NCBI GenBank assembly: GCA_965247115.1
Contig: CBDFGR010000003.1
Span: 1,376,001-1,440,000 of the forward strand
Source: Myxococcota bacterium
GTDB taxonomy: Bacteria; Myxococcota_A; UBA9160; SZUA-336
Reading direction: 5' to 3'
DNA length: 64,000 bases
Part shown: one piece after another, positions 48,320 to 58,427 of the stretch
How the letters are laid out: each line of letters begins with the position of its first letter
Position numbering within the stretch: position 1 is the stretch's first letter
Notes under the pieces: generated by a model
Told to the model about the DNA's origin: nothing
What the model saw: the letters and a program-made list of their open reading frames with translations, nothing else
Databases searched by the model: none
Translations under genes and position numbers: made by a program

Positions 48320-49588
48320 AACTTCCCCCGGGGGAAGTTGGGATCTAAGAAATTTCTGGAAAGTCCCAGATTTCCGTTGACAGGTTTTCGAAAGCACAAC
48401 CAGTTTGCGTCTCTCGCGACCAAGATCCCGTTCTCTGGTCTAGGCACGGCGTTCTAATCATTCTCTTTCGCAGTTTTGGTTTCGGAGATCGCAGACAATC
48501 TCGATCAGGTCGTAGATCAGATCCTCCGACACCGAAATACGTCGTGTTATGTTCGAAAGGCAATGAACATTAGCCCCCTCGGACGTATGTCCAATGACGA
48601 GCTACTTCGTGCACTGGACAAGCTCGTAGCGACTAGTCGGAATGTCGATGCAGATCTGCTCGCTCACGTCGCTGAGGTAGATGCGCGGCGCCTTTATCTT
48701 TCGGAGGGCTGTTCCTCAATGTTTCGCTACTGCACGGAGGTGCTGCACTTCTCGGAGGCAACTGCGTTTCACAGGATCCACGTGGCTCGTGCTGCGCGCA
48801 GATTTCCGAGTCTTCTGGATCACGTTCGGCAAGGGCGGATCCATCTTGCCGGGCTGAGCTTACTCGTACCGCATCTCACACAGGAGAATCACGTCGAGCT
48901 TCTTGACATGGCGTACCACAAGAGCAAGCGCGCAATCGAGAAGTTCCTGGCGGAGCGCTCGCCAAAGCCCCGCGTACCAGCACTTGTCCGCAAGCTCCCA
49001 GAGACCAAGGCTGTGTTCGCAGGGCCGGAGACGTCGGACTTCCGCGAAACAAACGAGCAGCCGGCGCTTCGGGCTCCGCGCGCTCAGGCCGCCTCGCTGC
49101 CCGCACCTCGCTCTCAGAACTCCGCTCCACAACCACTCGGGCACCGGTGCTACAAGATCCAGTTCACCGCTAGTCAAGAGTTTTGCGACAAGCTTCGCGA
49201 AGCCCAGGCACTACTTCGGCATCAGCTTCCGGGCGGCGATCTCGCTCAGGTTATCGATCGCGCGCTTTCCCTGCTGCTAGCCGAGACACGACGGAGGAAG
49301 TTCGCGGAGACCTCACGACCGCGGAGCCGATCCGAAGACCGCACCAGCCTTGCATCTCGGCACATTCCGGCGGCAATCAAGAGGGCGATCGCTACGCGAG
49401 ATGGAGGCCGATGTGTCTTTGTCGGGCGGAACGGACGTCGGTGCCAATCAGCGGATTTCGTCGAGTTCCACCACCTGGATCCCTGGGCGAGCTCGAAGTA
49501 TCACTCGGTCGAGGGGATCGAGCTGCGGTGTCGGGCGCACAACCAGTATGCGGCGGATCGAGAGACTCAGCCTCCCCCGGGGGAAGCT
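48320..49588 (+). mobile_element. Putative HNH element copy 2, bounded by C5G5-core palindromes
   Basis: Perfect AACTTCCCCCGGGGGAAGTT (48320-48339) and near-perfect AGCCTCCCCCGGGGGAAGCT (49569-49588). Confidence 0.6.
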
Positions 49589-49594
49589 ACGTGA
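48563..49594 (+). CDS. HNH endonuclease-domain protein (DUF222-like N-terminus)
   Basis: EVDARRLYL.EGCSSMFRYC; YKIQFTAS...KLREAQALLRH; RHIPAAIKRAIATRDGGRC...EFHH...CRAHN. Confidence 0.87.
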   Translation: MNISPLGRMSNDELLRALDKLVATSRNVDADLLAHVAEVDARRLYLSEGCSSMFRYCTEVLHFSEATAFHRIHVARAARRFPSLLDHVRQGRIHLAGLSLLVPHLTQENHVELLDMAYHKSKRAIEKFLAERSPKPRVPALVRKLPETKAVFAGPETSDFRETNEQPALRAPRAQAASLPAPRSQNSAPQPLGHRCYKIQFTASQEFCDKLREAQALLRHQLPGGDLAQVIDRALSLLLAETRRRKFAETSRPRSRSEDRTSLASRHIPAAIKRAIATRDGGRCVFVGRNGRRCQSADFVEFHHLDPWASSKYHSVEGIELRCRAHNQYAADRETQPPPGEAT

Positions 49595-49598
49595 GGGG

Positions 49599-51389
49599 CT
49601 AGCCTCGTTTTCTCAGGTTGGCGGGGAGCTTGCGTTTGCGGAGGCGGAGGGAGGTGGGGGTGACCTCGAGGAGCTCGTCGGCCTCGATCCATTCCAGGGC
49701 GCTCTCGATGGTGACTTCGCGCGGGGGGGTGAGGATGGACTGTTCGTCTTTGCCGGCGGCTCGGATGTTGGTGAGTTTTTTCTGGCGGCAGACGTTTACG
49801 TTCAGGTCCTTCGTGCGGCGGTTCTCCCCGACTACCTGGCCTTCGTACACGCGGACACCCGCAGGGACGAACATGATGGCGCGCTCCTGGATGCCGAAGA
49901 GTGCGTACGGAGTCGTCTGGCCCTGCTCGCTGGCGACGATGGCGCCGACTCCGCGGCGCGTCAGATCGCCAGCGTAGGGCTCGTAGCCGCGTACCGTGCG
50001 GTGGAGCACACCCTCGCCGCGCGTGTCCGAGAGGAACTCCGAGCGGTAGCCGAAGAGGCCGCGGCTGGGGACCACGAACTCGAGGTGAGTGCGGCCGCTG
50101 CGCTGCTCCATGCCGATCAGGCGACCCTTGCGCGAGCTGAGCTTCTCCATGACGGAGCCGGCGTAGAGCTCGGGCACCTCGACGGCGACGTCCTCCACGG
50201 GCTCGCACTTCTCGCCTTCGACCTCGCGCAGGATGATTTCGGGACGTGAGACCGCGAACTCGTAGGCCTCTCGGCGCATGGTCTCGATCAGCACCGCGAT
50301 CTGCAGCTCGCCCCGGCCCGCCACCTCGAAGGTGTCCGGCGTGTCGGCCGCATCGACCCGGATCGAGACGTTCCCCAGCGCCTCACGCTCGAGCCTCTCG
50401 GCGATCTGGCGACTCGTGAGGAAGCGTCCTTCCTGACCCGCGAAGGGCGAGGTGTTGACCGAGAAGCGCACACGAACCGTCGGCGGGTCGATGCGAATGC
50501 GAGGCAGCGCCTCCGGAGACTCCGGATCGCAGATGGTGTCTCCGATCTCGATCGAGTTGACGCCCGCGATGATGACGAGCTCTCCAGCCTCCGCGCGCTC
50601 GAGCTCCACGCGTTCCAGGCCGCGCGAGCCGAACAGCTTGGTGACGCGGAAGGTCTCGGGGGCTCCCTTCTCGGGAACGCGGACGGCGAGCTTGCCGCGC
50701 TCCAGCACGCCCCGTTCGACGCGCCCGATCACGAGCCGTCCCAGGTAGTCGTCGTAGCCGAGCGTCACGGCCTGGAACTGGAATGGGCCATTTGCGTCGA
50801 CGGCGGGCGCCGGCGCGTGCGTGAGGATCATCTCGAGGAGCGGACTCAGGTCCTTGCGAGGCTGATCGGGCTCGAGCGCCGCAACACCCTGCTTCGCCGA
50901 GGCGTAGACGACGGGAAAATCGAGCTGCGCGTCGCTGGCACCCAGCTCGACCAGGAGATCGAATACCTGGTCCAGGACCTCGGTGGCGCGCTCATCAGGA
51001 CGGTCCATCTTGTTCACTACGACCATCGGGTGCAGGCCATGCGCCAGCGCTTTGCTCATCACGAAGCGCGTCTGCGGCATGACGCCTTCGACCGCATCCA
51101 CCAGGAGCAGCACGCCGTCGACCATACCCAGAACGCGCTCGACCTCGCCGCCGAAGTCCGCATGGCCCGGCGTATCCACCAGGTGGATGCGCACGCCCCC
51201 GTACTCCACAGATGTGTTCTTGGCGCGGATCGTAATGCCACGCTCGCGCTCCAGGTCGCCGTTGTCCATCACGCGTTCCTCGACCTGTTGGTTGTCTCGG
51301 AAGGCGCCGGTCTGTCGCAACAGACCATCCAGCAGGGTGGTCTTGCCGTGATCGACGTGCGCGATAATGGCGACGTTGCGGAGGTCCAT
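49599..51389 (-). CDS. typA: Translational GTPase TypA/BipA
   Basis: [57 protein letters not shown]. Confidence 0.96.
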   Translation of the reverse strand: MDLRNVAIIAHVDHGKTTLLDGLLRQTGAFRDNQQVEERVMDNGDLERERGITIRAKNTSVEYGGVRIHLVDTPGHADFGGEVERVLGMVDGVLLLVDAVEGVMPQTRFVMSKALAHGLHPMVVVNKMDRPDERATEVLDQVFDLLVELGASDAQLDFPVVYASAKQGVAALEPDQPRKDLSPLLEMILTHAPAPAVDANGPFQFQAVTLGYDDYLGRLVIGRVERGVLERGKLAVRVPEKGAPETFRVTKLFGSRGLERVELERAEAGELVIIAGVNSIEIGDTICDPESPEALPRIRIDPPTVRVRFSVNTSPFAGQEGRFLTSRQIAERLEREALGNVSIRVDAADTPDTFEVAGRGELQIAVLIETMRREAYEFAVSRPEIILREVEGEKCEPVEDVAVEVPELYAGSVMEKLSSRKGRLIGMEQRSGRTHLEFVVPSRGLFGYRSEFLSDTRGEGVLHRTVRGYEPYAGDLTRRGVGAIVASEQGQTTPYALFGIQERAIMFVPAGVRVYEGQVVGENRRTKDLNVNVCRQKKLTNIRAAGKDEQSILTPPREVTIESALEWIEADELLEVTPTSLRLRKRKLPANLRKRG

Positions 51390-51424
51390 AGGCGCGCGGA
51401 GGCTAGCAGACCCCAGGATTGCGG

Positions 51425-52339
51425 CTACTCGGACAGGCGCTCCGCGGGCAGCACCCCCGCCGGGCCCCATTGGCTGAGAGAGATGCCAGCGAGAATGAGA
51501 GCGAGAGCTACGAGTGCGGTCCACTCCGGCTGCTCGCCGAACAGAACGGCACCGGTCAGGACCGCCACCACCGGCACGGGATAATTCACCAACGACTGGA
51601 AGGTGGGACCTGCCGACGCCACGACCCGGAAGTAGACCACCGTGGCGGCCGCCGTGGGCACGAGCCCGAGCCAGGCGAGTGCCGCAAGCGACTGCGTTGA
51701 AGGCGCGAGCTCTAGCGGGCTGTCCAGGATCAGGGCTCCGGGCACCACCACGGCGCTCGCGACGAGGAGCACGGCCGCCGCCGCCACCAGCGGGTGCGTC
51801 ACAGGCATGCGCCGCGTCAGAATGGCGTTGGTCGCGTAGCAGAGCGAACCTCCGAGCACCGCTCCTTGCCGTACCACATCGCTCCCCCCACCTCCGATTC
51901 CCAGGAGCGCCTCGGGCCCCATCAACACGACGACTCCCGCGAAGCCGAGGGCGAAGCCGCTCGTCCGGTTGCGACTCAAGTACTCGCCCAGCACAAAGAA
52001 GTGCGCGAGCAGCAGCGTAACCAGCGGATTCATGGCCATCAGGATGCCCGCGACACCGCTCGCTACCCGCTCCTGTCCCCAGCTGATCAGATAGAAGGGC
52101 AGCACGTTCCCGACGATTCCCAGAACGAGGAAGTGGAGCCAGATGCGACCAAGAGGCGGAAGACGCAGACCAGCCGCGCGCATCGCCACATAGAGAACTG
52201 CAGCTCCGCTAACGATGCGCCCCGCTGCAAGGCTCAACGGGGGAATGGACTGCACCGCCAGATGGATGAACGCAAAGCCCGTACCCCACACGACCACGAG
52301 CGTGAGAAGCGAAGCCCAGTCGCGCAGGCTGTGACTCAC
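51425..52339 (-). CDS. DMT/EamA family transporter
   Basis: WGTGF, GNVLPFYLISWGQ, about 10 TM segments. Confidence 0.9.
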   Translation of the reverse strand: MSHSLRDWASLLTLVVVWGTGFAFIHLAVQSIPPLSLAAGRIVSGAAVLYVAMRAAGLRLPPLGRIWLHFLVLGIVGNVLPFYLISWGQERVASGVAGILMAMNPLVTLLLAHFFVLGEYLSRNRTSGFALGFAGVVVLMGPEALLGIGGGGSDVVRQGAVLGGSLCYATNAILTRRMPVTHPLVAAAAVLLVASAVVVPGALILDSPLELAPSTQSLAALAWLGLVPTAAATVVYFRVVASAGPTFQSLVNYPVPVVAVLTGAVLFGEQPEWTALVALALILAGISLSQWGPAGVLPAERLSE

Positions 52340-52722
52340 GCAGAGGGCGTGGGCTTCAGGACCTCATCAATCAGGAACAAGTCGGTGAGGAGGGCGCGCA
52401 GATGGATGGAGGCGTTGAGGTTGTCCACAAGCTGAGAGCTGATCGGGCTCCTGGCAAGTACGAGCCGGATCGCCGCCTGTGCCTTCGCGGCGTCAGTCGC
52501 AATAATCTCCACAAAGCTGCGGTAGGCCTCACTTGTCGCGATCCGATCGGTGCTCTCGTTCAGCACAACGGAGAGATCCTCGAGGGAGGCTTCCGCTCGT
52601 TCGAGGTGACCACGGATCTCGGTGTCGGACTCCTCGCGCGCGAGCCCACGAGCCGCGTAGGCCAGCATGAACTCGTACGACCTCTCTATGGTCTCGATAC
52701 GCTCCGTACGCGAAGGTTGCAC
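52336..52722 (-). CDS. Hypothetical helical protein in the molybdoenzyme operon
   Basis: IERSYEFMLAYAARG...ISSQLVDNLNASIHLRALLTDLFLIDE; GTG start after GGGGAG. Confidence 0.7.
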   Translation of the reverse strand: MQPSRTERIETIERSYEFMLAYAARGLAREESDTEIRGHLERAEASLEDLSVVLNESTDRIATSEAYRSFVEIIATDAAKAQAAIRLVLARSPISSQLVDNLNASIHLRALLTDLFLIDEVLKPTPSA

Positions 52723-52730
52723 CCGCTCCC

Positions 52731-53574
52731 CTACTCGCGGGCCGACGACTCTTTCGCGGCGTCCACGCCCTCCACGGGCCATGCTTGCGGATCGAAGTTC
52801 GCCCTGTACTCGTCGACGCTGATCCAGCCACGGATCATTGATCTGGTGAGAAAGCGCTTCTCCGGTCTGATCGCGAAGTAGATGTGGACCATCACGAACG
52901 TGACGACCCCCATGGACGCGAGGTCGTGAAGAACGTAGACCACACCCCAGGCCTGGTCGCTCAGCCAGTAGGGGTTGCGACGCCAGAACGGGGTATCGAT
53001 CCCCGCCATCATCATGAGACCCGTCACGACCGTGATCAGGATGACCAGCGCTACGCCGTGGTGGAACAGCTTCTGCGCCAGGGGGTACTTGCCCGGCTTG
53101 TCCGGCATCTCCTGCGTGAGACGGAGCGCGCGCCGCACACCCTGACGCGCGATCCTGAGGTCCCGGCGGTCCGAGGCCATGTTCCCCAGGCCCTCGCGCA
53201 GCGCCACGCGGGGGACGTGGAACAGCAGGGCCGCACAGAGCACCAGACCCGCGATCCAGTGTGGGGTCACCCAGGCGAACTTGACCCCGACGATGGGAAG
53301 AAAGCCGGTGAAAAGCAGCGCGAGGACGGACGTAGCCATCACCCAGTGATAGATCCGAATCGCCAGAGCGTGTCGGGTGACGCGTTCGGTCGCGCTGTCC
53401 GCCGCGTGAACAGCTCCGCTACGAGCCTCCACGGGGCTCCCAGCGCGCCTTGTAGAGCGCGTGGCCCAGCATGAACAGAACCCCGGCAGCGACGAAGAGC
53501 CAGAGCAGCTCCCAGGAGGCGCCGACGAGGATCTCCTGTCCCCACGGGTTTCGAGCGACTCGGAGTAGCTCCAT
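52731..53574 (-). pseudogene. FdnI-like cytochrome b subunit split by a single-base frameshift (real or an assembly error)
   Basis: N-part MELLRVARNPWGQEIL...WEP; C-part with heme-ligand His in YHW, FH, FHH, LHD, VHIY and PGKYPLAQK; removing one C of the CCCC at 53433-53436 joins the parts. Confidence 0.7.
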
Positions 53575-53579
53575 CCAGG

Positions 53580-54569
53580 CTAGGTGCCCCGGATCGCGCG
53601 CTTCACCAGCGCTTGCATCAGCGGAATCTTGAAGTGATTGAAGTTCAGTGGACGTGCGCCGCGCACTGCGGACTGACCGGCGATCTCGGCGATCTCCTCG
53701 TCGAGTTTCTCTCCGGTGAGCACGGCCTCGACCACCTCGAGCCGCATGGGAACGCACTGCACGCCCCCGCAGACCACCCGGACCCGCTCGATCACCCCGT
53801 CCTTCAAGACCATGGCGGACGCCACGTTGACGAGCGGGAAGTCGAAGGCGCCCCGATCCGCGATCTTCTCGAAGTAGAAGCGCGCACCCACCCAGGTGTC
53901 GGGGATGCGAATCGCCGTCAGGATGTCCCCCCGCTCCAGCACCGTCATGTGCTCGATGTCGATGTCAGGACCCACGAAGAAGTCCTCTGCCGCCACGCGG
54001 CGCTCGCCCCCGGAGCTCCGAATCCGCATCTCTGCCTCGAGCGCCACGAGAACGGGCGCGGTGTCTGAAGGAGAGACGGCCACACAGCGGTCGGCCTCAA
54101 ACAGCGTGTGCTCGCGGTCCATGCCGGTCGGCGTGTCCGCGTAGCAGGTGTTGCCCCCCGCGCGGTAGCAGGGGAGTCCGTCTCGGTAGTACCAGCAACG
54201 CGTGTCCTGGCAGACGTTGCCGCCGAGCGTGGAGACGTTCCGTATCTGCGGACTCGCCACCCGGCCTGCCGCGTCGGCGAGCAGCGGGAAGCGCTCGCGA
54301 ATGAGCGAGCTCTGCTCCAACTCGGTGAGCGTAGTCATGGCGCCGATCTCGATCGCACCACCATCCTCTCGGATGCCCTTGAGCTCCTCCACGCCGGAGA
54401 GATCCACCATGGCCTTTGTCTGCTTGGCGCGGTCCTTGAACCAATCCAGGCTGTCGTTGCCACCCGCCAGCACCCAGCCGTCGTCGCCATAGCGATCGAG
54501 CAGCTCCAGAGCCTCCTCGAGTCGAGACGGCTGATAGAGCTCGAAACCGCGCATCATGTCGCTGATCAC
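53580..54569 (-). CDS. FAD-binding subunit of a xanthine dehydrogenase-family enzyme with a [4Fe-4S]-type Cys insertion
   Basis: AGGNDS, ASPQIRN..TLGGN, RCWYYR...CYRAGGNTC...C; PaoB/HcrB-like. Confidence 0.92.
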   Translation of the reverse strand: MISDMMRGFELYQPSRLEEALELLDRYGDDGWVLAGGNDSLDWFKDRAKQTKAMVDLSGVEELKGIREDGGAIEIGAMTTLTELEQSSLIRERFPLLADAAGRVASPQIRNVSTLGGNVCQDTRCWYYRDGLPCYRAGGNTCYADTPTGMDREHTLFEADRCVAVSPSDTAPVLVALEAEMRIRSSGGERRVAAEDFFVGPDIDIEHMTVLERGDILTAIRIPDTWVGARFYFEKIADRGAFDFPLVNVASAMVLKDGVIERVRVVCGGVQCVPMRLEVVEAVLTGEKLDEEIAEIAGQSAVRGARPLNFNHFKIPLMQALVKRAIRGT

Positions 54570-54581
54570 CGCCGTCTCCCC

Positions 54582-56990
54582 CTAGGTGTTGACCTGAAGC
54601 GGCTTGTACGATTGGGGCCGCTTGGCCAGCGCATTCATGATGGTGTCCGGCATCACGGGCGTGTGGTTGAACACGTGACCCCCGAGGGCGTCCGAGATCG
54701 CGGACAGCAGTGCCGACGCACCTGCGCCCATCGTGGGCTCGCCGATCCCCTTCGCACCGACCGGGTTCTGCGGATCTGGCAGATCGACGGCCTCCGCATG
54801 CATCTGCATTGGCACGTCCATAAAGCTCGGGGGCTTGCACGTGTAGAGCGCGTGATTGCCCGGCGTGCCGTACTCCACGTCGAACACGTGCCGCTCCATG
54901 CAGGCCATGCCGAAGCCCATGACGGCACCGCCGAGGACCTGCTGCTTCAGCGACGCGGGGTGCAGCACGGTTCCGCAATCGGCCACACCGACGTAGTCGA
55001 CGATCATGAACTTACCAGTCTCGGTGTCGAGCTCGATCTCGACGAAGCCCGCGCAGAGCGCGGGCACGGTGCCGTCTAACGCGAGCTTGTCCTTGGCCAC
55101 GCCCACAAGACCCGTCCCGGCGATCGCCCGGACGGAAGCCTGGGTCATCACGTTGATGTCGTCGGGCATCTCGAGGCCGCTGTAGCTCCCACCGAGCTCA
55201 ATCGCCCTGCTCGCAGCCTGCGCGAAGCTGAGCGAACGCGTGGCATCCCCTGTGGCGACCACGCGTTCATCCTCGAGCGCGTAGTCGTCCGGCGCACCAC
55301 CAAGGTCCTTGGCGGCGATCTCCTGCAGCTTGCGCTTGGCGTCCATGGCCGCGGCGTACGTCGTCCGGGTCATGGTGAACGACGTGTTACTCCCGAACTG
55401 GCCCAGGTTCCAGGGCAGATGCCGCCGCGTGTCGCCGCGCTCGATCACGCAGTTCTCCCAGCGACAGTCGAGCACCTCCGCGGCCACGCGCGAGGTCGCG
55501 GCGAACGAGAACGTTCCGAGGTTCCCCGTACCGGTGTGGATGTGCAGCTTGCCGTCCGGGGCGACGCGCAGGAGCCCGTCGAAGCCAGAATACCCAGCCG
55601 AGTGGTAGGCCTGTCCGATGCCGATCCCCGTCACCATGCGGCCGCGTCTCTGACCGCTGCGCTTCTTCTTCTCCTCCCAGTTGAAGCGCGCAGCGCCCTT
55701 GTCCAGCGCTTCTCGCTGATAGGCGCTCGTCACCGGCTTGCGATCGCCTCCCATCTTCGCGTCGTTGTCGGGGGCATTCAGACGCCGCAGCTCGAGCCGG
55801 TCGACGCCGAGGCTGCGGGCCGCCTTGTCGAGGAGGGGCTCCACGGCGCACGCGATCTGGTTCTCGCCCGGTCCGCGCTGCGGTCCCTTCGGTGGCGTGT
55901 TCGTGGCCACGGGAATCCCGCGCCAGCGCATGGCGAGAGGCTGGTAGACGAAGGACACCGCAGTCCCCGCGGCCTTGTAGTCGCCGGAACCGCGGAACGG
56001 GCCGTTGTCGTGGACGACGTAGAGATCGGCGGCCAGGAGCCTGCCGTCGGCGCGGAAGGCGAGCTTGATGCGCCCCTGGAAGCCGGGTCGTGCCGATCCG
56101 ATGTAGTACTCCTCGCCCCGGCTCACGCGCATCATCACGGGCCGACCGGTCTTCTTTGCCAGATGGGCCGGGATGGCCATGGCGGTATACGCGACGGCCT
56201 TTGAGCCGAAGCCCCCGCCGCAGTACTCGGAGACGAAAACTAGCTGCTCCGGCTCGATTCCGATCATCCCTGCCAGGTAGGGAACGGCGAACGCCGAGCT
56301 CTGCGTGGAGCCGTAGACGAAGCACTTGCCGTTCTGCCAGTAGGAAAGGCACGAGCGCGACTCCATGGAGTGGTGCGCGTAGCCAGCCGTGACGAAGCTC
56401 TCGTCGAGGACGAGTGCGGCCTCCCCAAAGCCCGCCTCCACGTCTCCGTAGGACCACTCCTCGGATGGCTCTCCGAGTGGGAGCTCGTTCTCGGCGGCTC
56501 TCGCGAAGTCGCGAGCCGACCACTTGACCGTCTTGAACTCGGAAGTGCTGCCGTTCTGGGTCAGCACGTTACCGTCCCGACGGGCGTCGGGTCCCCCTGG
56601 GTGCAGGCTGTCGAGCGGGTCCATGACGAAGGGCATGGGTTGGAGGTCCAGCTCGATCTTCTCGATCGCGTCGGCGGCCGTCGTCTCGTCGACGGCGGCC
56701 ACCGCCAGGATCGGCTGGCCGACGAAGAGAGGCTCGTTTGTCAGGATCGGATCGCCCGGCTCCGGCAGAGCGGGAACGTCGTCTGCCGTGAGGACGGCGA
56801 CGACGCCGGGGAGCTTCAGGGCTTCCGAGGTATCGATGCTGCGGACCATGGCGTGCGGCATCGGGCTCGTGAGGAGCTTGCAGAAGAGCATGCCCTCCGC
56901 GCGGAAGTCCTCAGCGTACTTCGCCGTACCCGTGACCTTTGCCACGACGTCCGAGGGCGTGAAATCCTTGCCCAGCAGTCGGTAGGCCAT
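54582..56990 (-). CDS. Molybdopterin-binding large subunit (xanthine dehydrogenase family)
   Basis: KVTGTAKYAED, GGGFGSK, RGPG, FGSNT, DCGTVLHP, GAKGIGEP. Confidence 0.93.
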   Translation of the reverse strand: MAYRLLGKDFTPSDVVAKVTGTAKYAEDFRAEGMLFCKLLTSPMPHAMVRSIDTSEALKLPGVVAVLTADDVPALPEPGDPILTNEPLFVGQPILAVAAVDETTAADAIEKIELDLQPMPFVMDPLDSLHPGGPDARRDGNVLTQNGSTSEFKTVKWSARDFARAAENELPLGEPSEEWSYGDVEAGFGEAALVLDESFVTAGYAHHSMESRSCLSYWQNGKCFVYGSTQSSAFAVPYLAGMIGIEPEQLVFVSEYCGGGFGSKAVAYTAMAIPAHLAKKTGRPVMMRVSRGEEYYIGSARPGFQGRIKLAFRADGRLLAADLYVVHDNGPFRGSGDYKAAGTAVSFVYQPLAMRWRGIPVATNTPPKGPQRGPGENQIACAVEPLLDKAARSLGVDRLELRRLNAPDNDAKMGGDRKPVTSAYQREALDKGAARFNWEEKKKRSGQRRGRMVTGIGIGQAYHSAGYSGFDGLLRVAPDGKLHIHTGTGNLGTFSFAATSRVAAEVLDCRWENCVIERGDTRRHLPWNLGQFGSNTSFTMTRTTYAAAMDAKRKLQEIAAKDLGGAPDDYALEDERVVATGDATRSLSFAQAASRAIELGGSYSGLEMPDDINVMTQASVRAIAGTGLVGVAKDKLALDGTVPALCAGFVEIELDTETGKFMIVDYVGVADCGTVLHPASLKQQVLGGAVMGFGMACMERHVFDVEYGTPGNHALYTCKPPSFMDVPMQMHAEAVDLPDPQNPVGAKGIGEPTMGAGASALLSAISDALGGHVFNHTPVMPDTIMNALAKRPQSYKPLQVNT

Positions 56991-57616
56991 TACACGCTCC
57001 CCGCAGCGCGCATGACAGAGTTCAGGTAGTTCTCGTATGCCCCGCATCGACACAGGTTCCCCGACATCGCGCGGCGCGCCTCCTCACGAGTCGGACTCGG
57101 ATTCGCCTTGAGCAGGGCAACGGCCGACATGACCTGGCCCGGGGTGCAGAAGCCGCACTGGGGTCCGAGCTCGTCCACGAAGGCCTGCTGGACGGGGTGG
57201 AGCTCGTCTCCGTTTGCCAGGCCCTCGACGGTGGTGATCTCGCGGCCGCGCACGCTGTGGGTCAGGGTCGAGCAGGAGTAGTACGCGACATCGTCCATCA
57301 GCACGGTGCAGGCCCCGCACTCGCCCCGGTCGCAACCCAGCTTGGTGCCCGTCAGTCCGAGCTTGTAGCGCAGCGTCATCGCCAGCGTCTCCTGCGGCAA
57401 GACGTCGACGCGCCGGACCCGCCCGTTCACCTTCAAGCTGACCAGGCGTTCGACCGCACCGGAGGCTGCGTGAGCCGAGCGGATCGCGGGACCGCGGAAC
57501 AGGTACCCCGCAGCCGACACGGCCGCGCCAGAGGCGATGACGCCCTTGATGAACGCGCGCCTGGTCGTTCCATCGAGCATGCGAACGCCGCTGCTCGGTC
57601 CAGAATCATCGGACAT
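56990..57616 (-). CDS. [2Fe-2S] small subunit with Tat signal
   Basis: TTRRAFIK twin-arginine motif; GCDRGECGAC, QCGFCTPG, NLCRC. Confidence 0.93.
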   Translation of the reverse strand: MSDDSGPSSGVRMLDGTTRRAFIKGVIASGAAVSAAGYLFRGPAIRSAHAASGAVERLVSLKVNGRVRRVDVLPQETLAMTLRYKLGLTGTKLGCDRGECGACTVLMDDVAYYSCSTLTHSVRGREITTVEGLANGDELHPVQQAFVDELGPQCGFCTPGQVMSAVALLKANPSPTREEARRAMSGNLCRCGAYENYLNSVMRAAGSV

Positions 57617-57755
57617 GAGAGCCTCCCACAGGTCGGGGGCTCATGATATTCCATCCAGGAGTCGGAAGGCGAGCGGATTGAGGCCTCCTGTCAGCCACCC
57701 CGCCCTCATGCAACGGCTTATCGGGATTTCGCAGGATAGGTAGAATGGGACCAGC

Positions 57756-58389
57756 ATGAAGCTCTACATGTTCCAGGTCGCTCCCAACCCGACGAAGGTC
57801 CGTCTCTACCTCGCAGAGAAGGCCGCGGGCGGCGGGCAGATCGACATCGAGCAGCAGTCGATGAACCTGCCGAAGGGAGAGCAGAAGAGTCCCGAGCATC
57901 TGGCCCGGAACCCGTTCGGCACGCTCCCGTGTGCTAGAGCTGGACGACGGCTCGCACCTGATCGAGTCGCTGGCGATCATCGAGTACCTGGAGGAGCGCT
58001 TTCCCGAGCCTGCCCTGATCGGACGCGACGCGCAGGAACGAGCCAGGGTGCGCGAGCTCGAGCGCGTGGCGGACCTGGGCGTGCTGCTCCCGGTAGGGCG
58101 CATCGTGCACGCCACGAACTCGCCGCTGGGCCTGCCGCCCGTTCCCGAAGTGGCAGTGCTGTTCCGGGAGATCCTCCCGGAGGGGCTGCGATTCCTGGAT
58201 GCGGCGCTTGCAGACGGGCGTCCCTTCCTGGCCGGCCAGAGTCCGACGGTGGCCGATTGCACGCTCGCGGCGGCGCTCCAGTTCGCCCGCTTCGGAAAGG
58301 TGGAGATCGATCCGTCGTTCGAGAAGCTGGCGCGCTGGGACGCGGCATACAGGGAGCGACCGGTCGCCACGAGCGTACTCTCGCTGTAG
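57756..58389 (+). pseudogene. Glutathione S-transferase with a single-base frameshift near 57930 (real or an assembly error)
   Basis: APNPTKVRLYLAEK...NPFGTLP in one frame and VLELDDGSHLIESLAIIEYLE...TVAD in the next; removing T57930 restores the frame. Confidence 0.8.
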
Positions 58390-58427
58390 AGCGAGTGAGC
58401 CGGACAGTGTCGAAGGAGCGTCGAAGC

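Noticed and set aside
38288..49594. HNH genes as IscB/Cas9-like or group II intron proteins
   Set aside because: No RuvC, PLMP, bridge-helix or reverse transcriptase motifs are visible
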